Assembly (NCBI RefSeq): GCF_000143415.4
Contig: NW_003314262.1
Span: forward strand, 2,177,046 to 2,241,045
Length of the DNA: 64,000 nucleotides
DNA from: Selaginella moellendorffii
Taxonomy: Eukaryota > Plantae > Lycopodiophyta
Reading direction: 5' to 3'
Position 1 is the first letter of the stretch; each line of letters starts with the position of its first letter. A model generated the notes under the pieces. It made no database searches. It saw only the letters and a list, made by a program, of their open reading frames with translations, and had not been told where the DNA came from. Position numbers and translations under genes: made by a program. Of the stretch, positions 13,610 through 26,532 are shown piece by piece.

Positions 13610-16495
13610 TTAATGAATCTCACCTTGAACTCGGGTTATGAATGCTCTTGCTGCATCTCTTGCATGGTCTGGCAAGGTGATGGTGGCACTCTGCTTCCGC
13701 ATCCAACCATGCACAACATTATCCACCGATATACTCATGCTGGGATCCCTTGGATTCAGCACCCATCTCTTTTCTAGGCAATCCTTCGTATATCCGGAAC
13801 TTGGCTTGAACCACTCCACAGTTACATTGAAGGAGTTAGTTTCCGCGTCCTCCTCTGCATCAGTGATGCAGCGCCCCACCCATATCATTTGTTTTTTATT
13901 ACTGGGTCTGACAAGCACGACCATTCCTTTGCAGACCTGTACTGGATTGAATGCTGAATCCGGCTTCTTATTCCTCAGCCCACAATAGTGATCCTCAACA
14001 TCGTTATCTGTCACTGCATTTCCAGAGGACATTGTTCCGCTACTATCTGGTGCTCTGGGTTCTGGCCAAAAGGACTCTTCCAATTCTTCATATACAACCG
14101 GCCCATTTTGGATAGCAGATATAATCTTCTCTCAGTATTCAAACAAAGGCTTGCACCTCTTAAAATAGGATTCTCCACCAAACACCAACCCCCTCTTCCA
14201 GAAGGCAATATGCTGTCTAATCCCGGCCACTATACTTTCCTGGTCTTTGAGTCCATCCGGGTGCATCGGCCGTGGGGAACCCTAAGGAATCATAGGTTCC
14301 CCAGTTATGGGATCTCTCTTGAAGAGTTCAATGCCATCCACTGGCAGCCACACTGTGTCCCATTCTCTCATCTTGTACCTCATCACTGGAGCACCGTCAC
14401 GCATGCTGAAATGAAACTGAAGAGGCTTGGAGTGGCCAATCAGCGTTTCTGATCCGTCCCTGATATAGCCTCTTACAAACCCCTTAAAGTCTGGAACCTC
14501 TGTCACAAGTGCAGCTTCAACAGTGCCTTTGATGCAATTTTGGAATTCATCGTAGAGTTGTGGGAGGGTGAGGACATTGGATCGCCAGAGGGACTCTACC
14601 AGGTGACTGAACATGGCATCGACGTCTTCATGAGTGTGCCCAACCATGAGAAAGCCAAGTGTAACCGTTTCAAATATGCCTTTGGCAACAAGCATCGCCA
14701 AGTACGCGAGGACGTACATGTTTTTGTTCTCATTGCCAGCATTGTCTGTTTGGAGCAGAAAATGGGGTGGAAGGCCACATCAGCCGCAAGAACTTCCTTG
14801 AGATTCTGCTTCGTTTGGATGAGGCTGTGCATTCACCGGGTGACTAGCCTCGTCAGAATGGCATGAGGCCTCACGTGATAACCCTACAATCTTACGGCCA
14901 ACATATTCACTGGGATGGCATGGGGCCCCACGCGATACTGCAAGCCTTTGCTCCTCCTCCAGCTGAACCCTGTATGGGGTTCGATCGACAAGGGCCTTAT
15001 GCAAGGGTTGGCCGTTCAGCTCAGTCTGCGCACTTTGCAGAGACCTTAAGTGTTTTGCTAGGGACGCAATCATCATGTTTGCACCCCCGCCACCCCATAG
15101 AGGTACAAAGAAGTTCCCATAGTTCTGGGCACCATGCCCATGAGCGATTATGCCAAACAGAGACACAGGCAACTGCATGGATGAAGAGATTGCCTTGGGG
15201 GCAGGATTGAGTCGAGGTAAGCACGTCTTTTTCTGGTCCATTTTGTCGTGGATGATGCAGAGGTAAGAGTCAGGTCTCTCCATGGAGAGAATCCTGTTAT
15301 GATAATATGCAGTCCTGCAGCTTCTCTGCTCGATGTTGTGGTCGAGCCGCCTTCTAACCAACGTCTCTCGCTCTTGAGCGCTGCAAGAATTCTTCAACAA
15401 AGCCATTTTGATAGCAGTGCACTCGTCACACTTTGAAAAGCTGGAGTACTTTCCTATACTCACATCCCTGAACCTGTTGCTCCACAATCTACTAAATCTA
15501 GATTGGCTCAGCTTCCTGTAGCCATTACTCTGGAGTTCCCGATTCACATCTTCCAATATGGCCCCCTTGGTATACATGGAAGGAAGAACTCGTTGGGTGT
15601 CTCGTGTTCCATCTTCCAAGAGGCGGGTTTTATGTGGTTGCTGCTCGCTACATGTCTCGACAAACCTCTTGAAGATTGCCTCTCCATATACAACATGACC
15701 CCTGGTTTTGTGCGTACCGTCGTTCCCATGGACTGCCTGTTGAACCCTTTGTTCCTCGAACTCAGTTTTGATTCTGTAGAATGTGCTTCGAGGGACTCCA
15801 TAAATGATTCTCCATGCCTTCATGCAGACCAAACCCCTCTGGAAGACCATGCCCCCCACCTGATGTTCTGAAGCATCAACAGATGACCGTAATGCCTCAT
15901 ACACAAAATTGCGAGCTACCTTCCAGGACAATGTCTTGTATCTTGCTCTCTCCTCTTCAATAGCATCCCAATCAGCATGTTGACAGCACCTCCTCTTGCA
16001 ACAAGCAACTGTCGAGACCATTTGAACCTCCATCGCCATTTTCTGCCTTTTCGGTTCGTTGCTCAGATCCCTTTGGCTGCGCTGTAGGAAGGTGTACTTT
16101 CTTTTCCCATGAAGAGATGTTTTGTCATCAGTTGTAGTGGTGTTTGATTGTGAATCCTTCACATTGTCAAACACTAAATGCCTCAATTTCCACTGCACAA
16201 TGCTTCCAATAGTCAGACTGTTTTCTTCTGTATCAACAACCTCTAAAATCGCAACTCCAATATCATCCCAGCCCAATTCTTGATTAGCAACCGCATCTCT
16301 TGGATCGACAACTGTGGCTAAGCCCTCAGCTACCACCTCCCCCTCGGGGTTGTTTAGAAACACCTTTGCCTGAATCCATGTAGCACAGTTCTTAAGATCC
16401 ACGGAGGGAACATGCGTCGCACTTGCGCTGTCCCCAACATCTGCTTTCTTCTGCAGATTTTTCAAGGCAACAACAACATTTACCCCGACGACCAT
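13610..16495 (-). pseudogene. Sola-like DDE transposase, one frame of about 960 codons with 3 premature stops (14780, 14282, 14132)
   Basis: Motifs CDEC, HDKMDQKK, QTDNAGNENKN and FLMVGHTHEDVDAMFS; the ORF pieces are in the same frame across the stops; N-terminal Tnp1/EnSpm-like and C-terminal SH3/BAH-like segments. Confidence 0.8.
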
Positions 16496-19132
16496 CTGTC
16501 AGCTCTAATTGTTGTGCATTTCTAAACATGCGAGGAATTGCGTTCTTCTTCCAGCCACTGTCAATGTAGATGCAGAGAAGGGGGAGGAGCTCACCAGTTG
16601 GACTTTCGGGATGGAAGGCGAGGATCTGAGGCTGTACAACATAGATGGTGGGAGAAAAGAATGCATGGGGATCCTCATCCAAGTGATAGACACTCCATGC
16701 AGTTCCATGCAAGAATATGGACTAGCACTTGTGGTAGAGACAGCGTCTGCCTTCAAGATCCACCTTGCACATCCTAGTGGCTTCCCGGAGGGGGGCAGCG
16801 GCTATGAGGAATTCCTAGAGGGAGCTAGGGAGAGGTTGTCCAGGAGGCCCACAATTTCAAAGACGCTGCGGGTCTATGAAGATCACATGGAATCCACGGA
16901 CCTCACCTACGGCGATGTTCAAAAACTATATTCCAACATTGAGCCATTGAGAGTGCCTCCAGTTCGCGAAGCGAAGGGGAAGGGGGTCGATCTGGAAACT
17001 ACCCCGAAGCAGAAAAGGGTGGTCAAGCTCAAGCCGACGTCCGACTCTCCTCCAAAAAAGAAGCTACTCGGTGATGCCATTGCCTCGGGTTCGAACACTA
17101 CACCCACCAAAAAGAAGAGCCGCAAAGAGCAGAAAGAGCAAGAAGAGGCAGCAAAAATCGTCGCAGATAATAGTACTTGTTACTATTCCAACAAAGTATA
17201 TACAATCGACGTGAGCCGTATCGACATCCAAAGCAAATACAACCACAGGCTAGTATCTGATGAGTGGGTGGAGAAACTGAAGCAGAAGATGCTGGCAAGT
17301 CCAGTAACACCCGACATCGCAGACGTGATCCCCTACTACCGAACAATGAAGGGCGAGACGAGGTTTCCAGACTTGATCAATAGGAAGGTGTTGGACGATC
17401 AGAATATCCGGTTCTATGCCATCTCCGGGCAACATTCTAGCTTGGCGATGCAAGAGATAGTTGTGGATATTATGGTGGGCGAGGAGGTGAAGAAAGTCTT
17501 CAAGACAAGAGTTGTCCGCCTGATAAAAGGCAACTCGCCCCTCCGATCTATCATATACATCTCCCACGTGCAGAATGTCAAGCAAGAAACGTGCTACAAA
17601 TCGGGTCTGCACGAGACATTGGCACGAACACGGAAGCTCTGGGTTCAACTGAAGAAGCCACAAAAACCAGGACAAGGACGTGCACTAGCAACTAGCGCCT
17701 GGCAGGTAAGCCTCGTTGCATGTGGCATAGCATGTGGCCTCACGCCATTTCCATTGCAGGAATTCTCGAGTCTTCTCTCGAAAACACTGGGGGTCAATGA
17801 CACACTCAGCATCCATAACATTCTACTCGCGACAAAAGTTGTTTTTGACAAATGGGTAGATGTGCTGAGGAGGTACCATGACGGGGAGTTGCCAAACTCA
17901 ATGGGTGTGGAGGACGGCCGGAAGCCCAATGATTTGAAGCTCAACGCCTTGCGTTTCTCGCGGTCTCTAGACGACGACGACCTTCTGACAGTGGCTAATG
18001 CTCTTCTACGTGGTGAGGTAGTCTTCAACAAGACCAAAATGACTCCCGGCCATATTGTGACATACGAGGACTTGTGCACGACTCTGAGAGCTCGTGCGCT
18101 ATTGAAGGATTGGATCTTCGAGCAAGTGGCTGTGGAGAGGGTGAGCATCGACACCACGCAAGAGATGATGGAAGCGCTGGATTTGTCAAATGAAGACATC
18201 GACGAGTACGTGAAGGGGGCCCCCAAGTTCATCGATCTGCTGCGGGATGCCACGAAAAGTAAAGCTGAGAAGTTGGATCAGTATCCAAATTTCATTAAGA
18301 TTGATGTCGACCGCCGGCTTCAGAAACAGCTCGACCCCGCAGCAGAGGCCTATCGAGAACCTTACCGGGTATACTTGAATTCGGATGAGGATCAAAGGTG
18401 GAGGAGCATCGTTTCCCGCGGAGATGAGCAGGTCAAGAACATCTTTTGTGTGATGGACTTCACAAACGAGGAGATCACTCATGCAGACGAAGTCAGCTCC
18501 ATCATTGACTTAATGGTGGGACTTGCGGAGGTGGAATCTTCAGTCCACTATATGATCTACGACTCCGAATCCTATCACAAGTTCTGGAAGGCCTTGAACG
18601 AGGTGAAGGCTTAGTTGAAAGGCAAGGAGATGCGGGAGAGCCATGGGATAATGGCTAAGAAGAAGATACCGACGAATGTCCGCATCTTCACACTCGCCCT
18701 TGTTATTGGTCCTGCAGCAGAGTGGGACTGGAGTGACTTCCCAGCTTCGTTCGACAAGGCCAATCGAATTGATCTGAGGGAGGTCAATTTACCCGTGCCT
18801 GAGGAACTGAAGACGGCTATGGAGCTTTCGAATCCAAAGAAAGCTCCAGGTGCAGCATGGGAAATGCTCAACTGGGTCTTCAATGCAATAGCGGGTGGGT
18901 CACCTGCTTCCGACTCCAAGGGCAAATGTGTTGTTGAGTACAATTGCGGCGGACTATTCTTTCGAGCCGCACTACTCAAGGGTGTCCCGTGTGTTGCGGT
19001 GACAAACTCCATTGAAGAGGTGACTTCAATGGAGCATATAATTACAGTTGCCAAAGAAAAATAGTATCTTCTCTGCGAACCTGGTGAGTACACACTTTAA
19101 GTTTAAATGTTATCTCACAAGCTCTATATGCA

Positions 19133-22100
19133 TGTAGCGCACCTGAATTTGGAGCCGAACTCCAAGCCCGTTGCGCTACGAAACGAGGGTCCGGTACAAT
19201 CCCACGAGCACCAGCTCCCCGTATCCAGCACCTGCACGCAAAATGGTGTCAGACGGAGTCTGGCACAATTTTGGCATACCGGTGGCCTAACGCGAGGAGG
19301 AGGGTACTCCACCAACTAGAGCAGCGTGGAGCTTGGGCTTAGACCCAAGCCGGACGCAGAACAAGGAGCGACACAGCCCAGCGGGAGCCAAACTAATGTC
19401 TCATGTGGTCGGACATGCATTCCAACCACTATCCCTACTATACATTTGGAACCCCCCACAGCCCCCCCCCTTGAGGGACACACGCTTTGGGCTTTCACCC
19501 CAAGCCACCCTTAGTACCAGGAGTTAGTCTCTGGAACAAGCTCGAAACTTACTAAATATGGAATGGCCTTAGATTGCGAATTTGGACACGGGACGAACAC
19601 CATTGTGTTCAGGCCGACCTCAACATTCCGTAGATATGCCAAATGAGCGAATCTAGACACTTTCCATAAATAGGATTTGGGACCGAAATGAGACTAATAC
19701 AAAGGGCGTGATAGCGAGGGTGTTTGGCAGACACGGTAAGCTCTCATCCAGCGATATTGAGGGACTAGTCTCAATATGCGAGGGTTCTTGCCAAGCCAGT
19801 GCAAGACAGAGCAAAAGAGAACTAAAAGCCAGGCCGAGAATGCTTAGCTAGAAACACATAGGAGTTCCTACCTTATGTCCATCTGGCTAAGTACAGATGC
19901 TAAGCCCAGTTTACTAAAACTTGGACAAGAGGGGCCAATGATGGGAACCAGCAGTACCGACCTCCTGCCGTCATGGCAGTAAGGAAAGAGTGTCCGTAAG
20001 GACTGGTCGACAAGTATCTTTCGATACCCGAAGTCACATTCGCGACACTCTCCCCCCCTTGGGGAAGATCGACGTCCTCGTCGATGCATACCCGAGTCTC
20101 GCAAACCGTCAAGGAAACAACTCCGAAAGTTAACGGAAAGCACACTATGTGGGAAACACACCGACTTAAATGAGTTATGGAACGACCTCTCCTCTACGTC
20201 CAAAGACATTAAGACTCAGACACCCTCCGACCGTCGCCGACAAGGAAATGACCAACGGAGTTAGCCACCCTTGCTGCTCCGAGTACCACTCGGCTTACAA
20301 AGGAATGATACATCCCTGCCCGCAGGGATATAGGGAGAAGGCCAGAGACCCAACTGCCCCTGAGCAAGAAATCAACCCCGTCGGGAAGATTTAGACAACT
20401 ATTATAAACTGGCAGATTAAGTTGTTTACACGACCACGCCCCATTTCAAGAATGAGTCATCGAGAGAGAGGCGGGGACTTGTGATCAGTCTATAATAGTT
20501 ATCCCCATGGTTATGGATTGGACACATGCACCGAAGTGCCGAAGTCAGCCTGCCAAAACTAACCCAAGTACGAACGAACGAGAGAAATGACACTTTGATT
20601 TATAGAAATATATTACTTTATTGATTTGCAAGATTTATTACAAGATTTTTACAAAAGCTAATCTTTATTACTATTCTCATACTCCGTGACAAGCTCACGA
20701 GCATGGGTAAGATTACAAAGAGGCTCCCAAGTTGATTCACAAGTAGGGTAACCTTTCCATTTAACTAGATACTCCCGACGTTTGGCACGTTTAAGCCAGC
20801 GTGAATCCAAGATAGCTTCAGCCTCATACTCAGGTTCACCGTCAATGATCGTAGGTGGAGGACGAATGTCCGTGAAACGTTCCTACTATTGCAACTAGGA
20901 TTAGATACACAGATCTAAATATTATTAAAATTAATACAGCAGCATGATATGGTGCCAGTAAACTGACATGAAACACATCATGTACATGAGAGAATTCATC
21001 TGGAAGATCCGACTTATAGGATACATCACCAACTCGTCTCAACACTCAATAGGGTCCAACATATCTCGGCAAGAGCTTCCGAGACAAAGAACCCTTAATG
21101 TTCAAGTTTCGGGAAGATAGCCACACCTGATCTCCCACTTGATAAGATACATCCCGACGATGCTGATCCTTATCACGTTGATACCTATCCTGAGCTTTGC
21201 CCATCGCCTCAGTAGCCCGAGACCAACCTTGGCGTAGCTGCTCCGCATAAGTCTCAACGGCTGGGACCAACACTTCGGTCATTGGTTTCGGTACAATAAT
21301 CTGTTGAGGAATCCCACGAGCATTCCCTTGCAGCATCTCCCATGGAGAACAGCCGATAGCGTTGTGAAATGTGTTGTTATAACATATTTCTGCTGTATCC
21401 AAATGCTCAACCCAGTCGCGTTGGTCCGCCGCGACATAGTACCGCAGATAATCCTCAACTTGAGCATTCACCCGTTCGGTCTGCCCATCAGTTTGAGGAT
21501 GATAAGCCGTACTAAACTTCAACTTGGTACCAAACAACTGGAACAGTGTGCCCCAAAACTTCCCCGTAAACCTCGAATCTCTATCTGAGATCATTTCTTC
21601 AGGGAGACCACGAACTCGCACTACTTCATGGAAAAAGAGCTTTGCTGCTTGTTTCGCATTTACTGTTCCCACAGTTGGAATGAAGTGTGCAATCTCTGAC
21701 AACCGATCCACAACCACCATCAAAGTATCATAACCCTTAGACTTCGGCAAGCAAGTGACGAAATCAAGTGTCACACTTTGAAATGGCCATGCCGGTGCTG
21801 GAATGCACTGCAACTTTCCAGCCTGCTTCTCAATTCTGCGCTTACATTGCTGGCATACAGGATAGGAACGGACATAGTCCGCTACATCATCTTCCATACC
21901 AGACCAGAAAAATCCCTTTTTCAATGAAGCCAGAGTCTTTCGCTATCCACCATGTCCCGCTGCTGGAACATCGTGATGTTCCCGCAGAAATAACTGCTGA
22001 AGATCCTTAGAGGGAAGATACAATCTTTCTTGCTTATAGAATATAAGCCCATCCCGAACTGAGAAGTGAAGTTTTGCATTAGTGCGACTAGCAACTTTTG

Positions 22101-25100
22101 CTGCTTCACTACCAGGGCTCTGCTTCGACAACTCCGCATGGCGTAAGATTGTCTTCGCCAATGGATCTCTTCCATACGAAGCCCGAACGTCCTCCAACCA
22201 GTCCGAACTGATTGCCGATATTGCCCGGAATTGAGCTTGACGACTCAACGCATCCGGAACAATATTGTCTTTACCAGGTTTATATATGATTTCAATATCA
22301 TATCTAGCAAGCTTCTCTTGCCAACGAGCCTGTTTCGGCGTAAGCTTAGGCTGCGTAGCAAAGTAGCTTAATGTGTTACTATCTGTATAAACCTTGGTAT
22401 GTCCACCCAAGTAGTGTCTCCAGTATTCCAGGGCCGACACTATAGCAAACATCTCTTTCTCATGCGTTGGCCATCTTCGTTGGGTTTCATCCAATTTCTT
22501 GGAATAGAACGCAACGGGACAACCATGTCGCCTTAGCGTAACACCAACCGCTTTGTCACAATCTTGCTGCAACACGGCACCAATAGCATAACCAGATGCA
22601 TCACAATGCACTTCGAAAGGTTTATCAAGATCTGGGATCCTGAGAACAGGAACCGTAGTCAAGATCTCCTTCAACCGTGCAAAAGCACGCTGGCAAGCTG
22701 GTGTCCAATGAAACGGAATACTACTCTTTGTCAACTCAGTCAACGGAAGAGCAATCCTTGCAAAATTGCGGACAAACTTGCGATAGTATCCCGCCAAACC
22801 AAGAAAGGATCGAACATCTGTTACAGTGGTCGGAACTTCCCAGGACTTCACTGCTTCCACCTTCTTTGGATCGACCTCAATCACACCACCACCAACTATA
22901 TGTCCGAGAAAGTTTACGCGCAATTGTCCAAAAGCGCATTTACTTTCCTTAGCATACAGTTTGTGTTCGCGCAACTTCTGAAACACTAGCTCCAAGTGTT
23001 TCAAATGATCCTCCAACGTCTCACTAAAGACAAGAACATCGTCGATGTATAGGACAACAAATGCGTCCAAATAATCTCCGAATATTCTATCCATCATAGT
23101 GCTGAACGTTGCCGGAGCATTGCATAACCCGAACGGCATGACAAGGAACTCATAAGATCCGTATCTAGTCTTAAAGGCTGTTTTCTCCACATCCTGATCT
23201 GCCACCCGTATCTGATGATACCCGGACCGCAAATCAAGTCACGTAAAATACTTAGCCTTTAAGAGTTGGTCAAACAAGTCATCAATGCGAGGCAAAGGAT
23301 AACTGTTTTTAACCGTGATCTTGTTGAGTGCCCGATAGTCAATACACATCCTCATGGTTCCATCCTTTTTCATAACAAAAAGGACCGGCGCTCCATAAGG
23401 GGATTTACTTGGTCGGATATGACCTTTGTCAAGAAGCTCTGTGAGTGGCTTCTTGAGTTCAGCCATCTCCTTGATGTTCAGACGATACGGAGCCTTTGTA
23501 GGTGGTTTAGAACCCGGAATAACCTCAATCCGATGATCAACCTCACGGCTAGGGGGTAGCCCTAGCGGCAAATCCTTCGGAAAGATATCCTGATTCCTCG
23601 CCAACAACTCCAATATCCTTTTTGGTACAGGATCAACCCCGTCGCCGATTCTTACTGAGTCACTAATACCCTCAGCTTCCATCACTTGAACCCAAAAGGT
23701 TTGACATCCCCTCTTAGCTGCTTTTTGAGCGGCCCTCGCAGTTAGGAACTTTGCATCCCAATCTTTTTGAGGAACGCTTTTGCAACTGAAAGGATACATC
23801 AGGATGTCCTTCTGACTTCAACGTGATACGACTTTGTCCAGCACCATAAATCCCTTTTATATACTTGTTGAAGAAATCCATACCAAACACCATCTGAAAA
23901 TCTAGCATCTTCAACACTACCAAGTCCACTCTTTCTTTCCACTTGGATATCTTTATTGGAACATCACTCATAAACTTTCTGGCTACTTGCCCACCTTCCG
24001 CAAACCGGAAGTGCATAGGCGACATTTGCTCAGCATTCAATCCTAACAACTTAACTAAGTCTTTGGATATCACGCTGTGCGTAGCTCCCGTGTCAATCAT
24101 CACTCGGATTCGGTGCCCACGGACAAAGCCTACCAGATACATTAACGGATCAGTGTTTGCATTGACTGCAAGAAAAGCTTGAGGAAAGCAACGAAAGTTA
24201 CTCACCTCTTCTTCCTCATAGTCTGCATTGACCAACTCGTCAACCCCTTCGGCTTCACCACCACCGTCTTCCCTCATGACATTAACCCGAGACCTTGTCT
24301 TATGCTTGTTGGGACATTCCGAGGACCTATGTCCCGACTCTCCACAATGGAAGCAATGACCCACACTACCCGTTCCGCTAGGAGCAGGTTTTGTAGGTTG
24401 CTGCTGCTTGTACCCACCAGGAGGAGGAACAGAGGGCCTAGGACCAGAAGAAGCTGCTGGTGGTCTCCAACCACCACCACCTTTATTCACCGTAGCTTGT
24501 GAGCCCCCAGGGCGGTACCTACTTTCCACCCTTTGTTTCCGATCACCTTGCCTATTCCCAGAATTTTTATTCTTGTCCGAGTTACCAGCATACGATTGCT
24601 GATATTGTTCTATGAGTGAGTGACTAAAGGCAACTTGTTGTGCTGCCTCTTTACACTCCAGGTATGTCTTCGGCTTAAACTTTAAAATCTCATTTCGAGA
24701 AAGTGAACTTAAACCCTCCAGGAAATAACTCCGAGCATCTTCGTCACTCATATTTGCAATCATAATGCGCTTCTGAGCAAACGCATTAACGTAATGCATA
24801 AGGTCCCCTCGCTGCTTTAACCGCCGCAGCTCCGCGCGAAGTCTTAGACCAAGATCATCCGGCAAGTATTCCTTACGGATACGAGACCGCATCTTGGTCC
24901 AACTTCTAGTCTGCCCTTTTTCAGCACACACCTGGCGCCACCAAGTTTTGGCATGATCAGTGAGAAAGGATTGCGCGCATGCAACTTTCGTACGATCATC
25001 TACGTCTGCCGCTATGAAATAGTTTTCCATATCGTAGACCCAGTCCTCCAAAACTTGATAGTCCCGCATGCCTCTGAAATTGGGTGGTTTCGGAGGCTTG

Positions 25101-26532
25101 AACTTTGAAACTCGTGCAACCGGGGGCGGCTGCAGAACTTCATCGTCCTCAGAACTTGAAGAGGAGTCCAGTTGCTTAGGCTTAGCTGGTTTAGCTGCCT
25201 CAGCTTCTTTCTTCCTCTTCTTGTTCTCCTTCTTCAATTTGCGAATCTCCCTTCGCAAATTCTCGATCTCAACTTCCTGAGCCGTACGCTGCAATGCCGC
25301 AGCATCTGGCTCTTCCTCTTCCGACTTGGCCTCAGCCCCTTCCGCAGCATCTCTAGCAGGAGTTTCCTCCTCTCGATTCGCCCGTCTAGAGGTTTCAGCG
25401 TCATCAGCACGGTTCCTCTTCACCATCCCGCTAGCTGCATGCATGCCTCTATCAGTAACTGAACATGCATACAACGTCCTTACCGAATGGTGCAATCCAA
25501 CTAATCCTACACAGGTCGCTTCGGATCTACTAGAAAAGTCTCTGCATATGCAACTTGAGTCAGAAAATCCGACAAAAGTTGGATAGGAATCGCTGAGACA
25601 ATCCCTCTGATACCAAATGTAGCGCACCTGAATTTGGAGCCGAACTCCAAGCCCGTTGCGCTACGAAACGAGGGTCCGGTACAATCCCACGAGCACCAGC
25701 TCCCCGTATCCAGCACCTGCACGCAAAATGGTGTCAGACGGAGTCTGGCACAATTTTGGCATACCGGTGGCCTAACGCGAGGAGGAGGGTACTCCACCGA
25801 CTAGAGCAGCGTGGAGCTTGGGCTTAGACCCAAGCCGGACGCAGAACAAGGAGCGACACAGCCCAGCGGGAGCCAAACTAATGTCTCAGGTGGTCGGACA
25901 TGCATTCCAACCACTATCCCTACTATACATTTGGAACCCCCCACAGCCCCCCCCCTTGAGGGACACACGCTTTGGGCTTTCACCCCAAGCCACCCTTAGT
26001 ACCAGGAGTTAGTCTCTGGAACAAGCTCAAAACTTACTAAATATGGAATGGCCTTAGATTGCGAATTTGGACACGGGACGAACACCATTGTGTTCAGGCC
26101 GACCTCAACATTCCGTAAATATGCCAAATGAGCGAATCTAGACACTTTCCATAAATAGCATTTGGGACCGAAATGAGACTAATACAAAGGGCGTGATAGC
26201 GAGGGTGTTTGGCAGACACGGTAAGCTATCATCCAGCGATATTGAGGGACTAGTCTCAATACGCGAGGGTTCTTGCCAAGCCAGTGCAAGACAGAGCAAA
26301 AGAGAACTAAAAGCCAAGCCGAGAATGCTCAGCTAGAAACACATAGGAGTTCCTACCTTATGTCCATCTGGCTAAGTACAGATGCTAAGCCCAGTTTACT
26401 AAAACTTGGACAAGAGGGGCCAATGATGGGAACCAGCAGTACCGACCTCCTGCCGTCATGGCAGTAAGGAAAGAGTGTCCGTAAGGACTGGTCGACAAGT
26501 ATCTTTCGATACCCGAAGTCACATTCGCGACA
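19133..26532 (-). mobile_element. Full-length Ty3/gypsy chromovirus, LTRs 19133-20047 and 25618-26532
   Basis: 915-bp LTRs with about 9 differences by eye; TSD ATGCA; tRNA-Met PBS at 25605-25615; PPT at 20048-20060; inserted at an intron 3' splice site. Confidence 0.96.
20658..25444 (-). pseudogene. gag-PR-RT-RNaseH-integrase-chromodomain polyprotein, disrupted
   Basis: Zn knuckle CFHCGESGHRSSEC; protease DTGA; RT YIDD; RNase H CDAS; integrase core (HPQTDGQTE, GPY); chromodomain EYEAEAIL..EYLVKWKGY..TWEP. Stops at 23239 and 21046, frameshifts near 23790 and 21945. Confidence 0.92.

Noticed and set aside
18612-18614. Programmed read-through or RNA editing of TAG stops
   Set aside because: Many scattered stops in a nuclear transposon are more simply explained by C-to-T decay.
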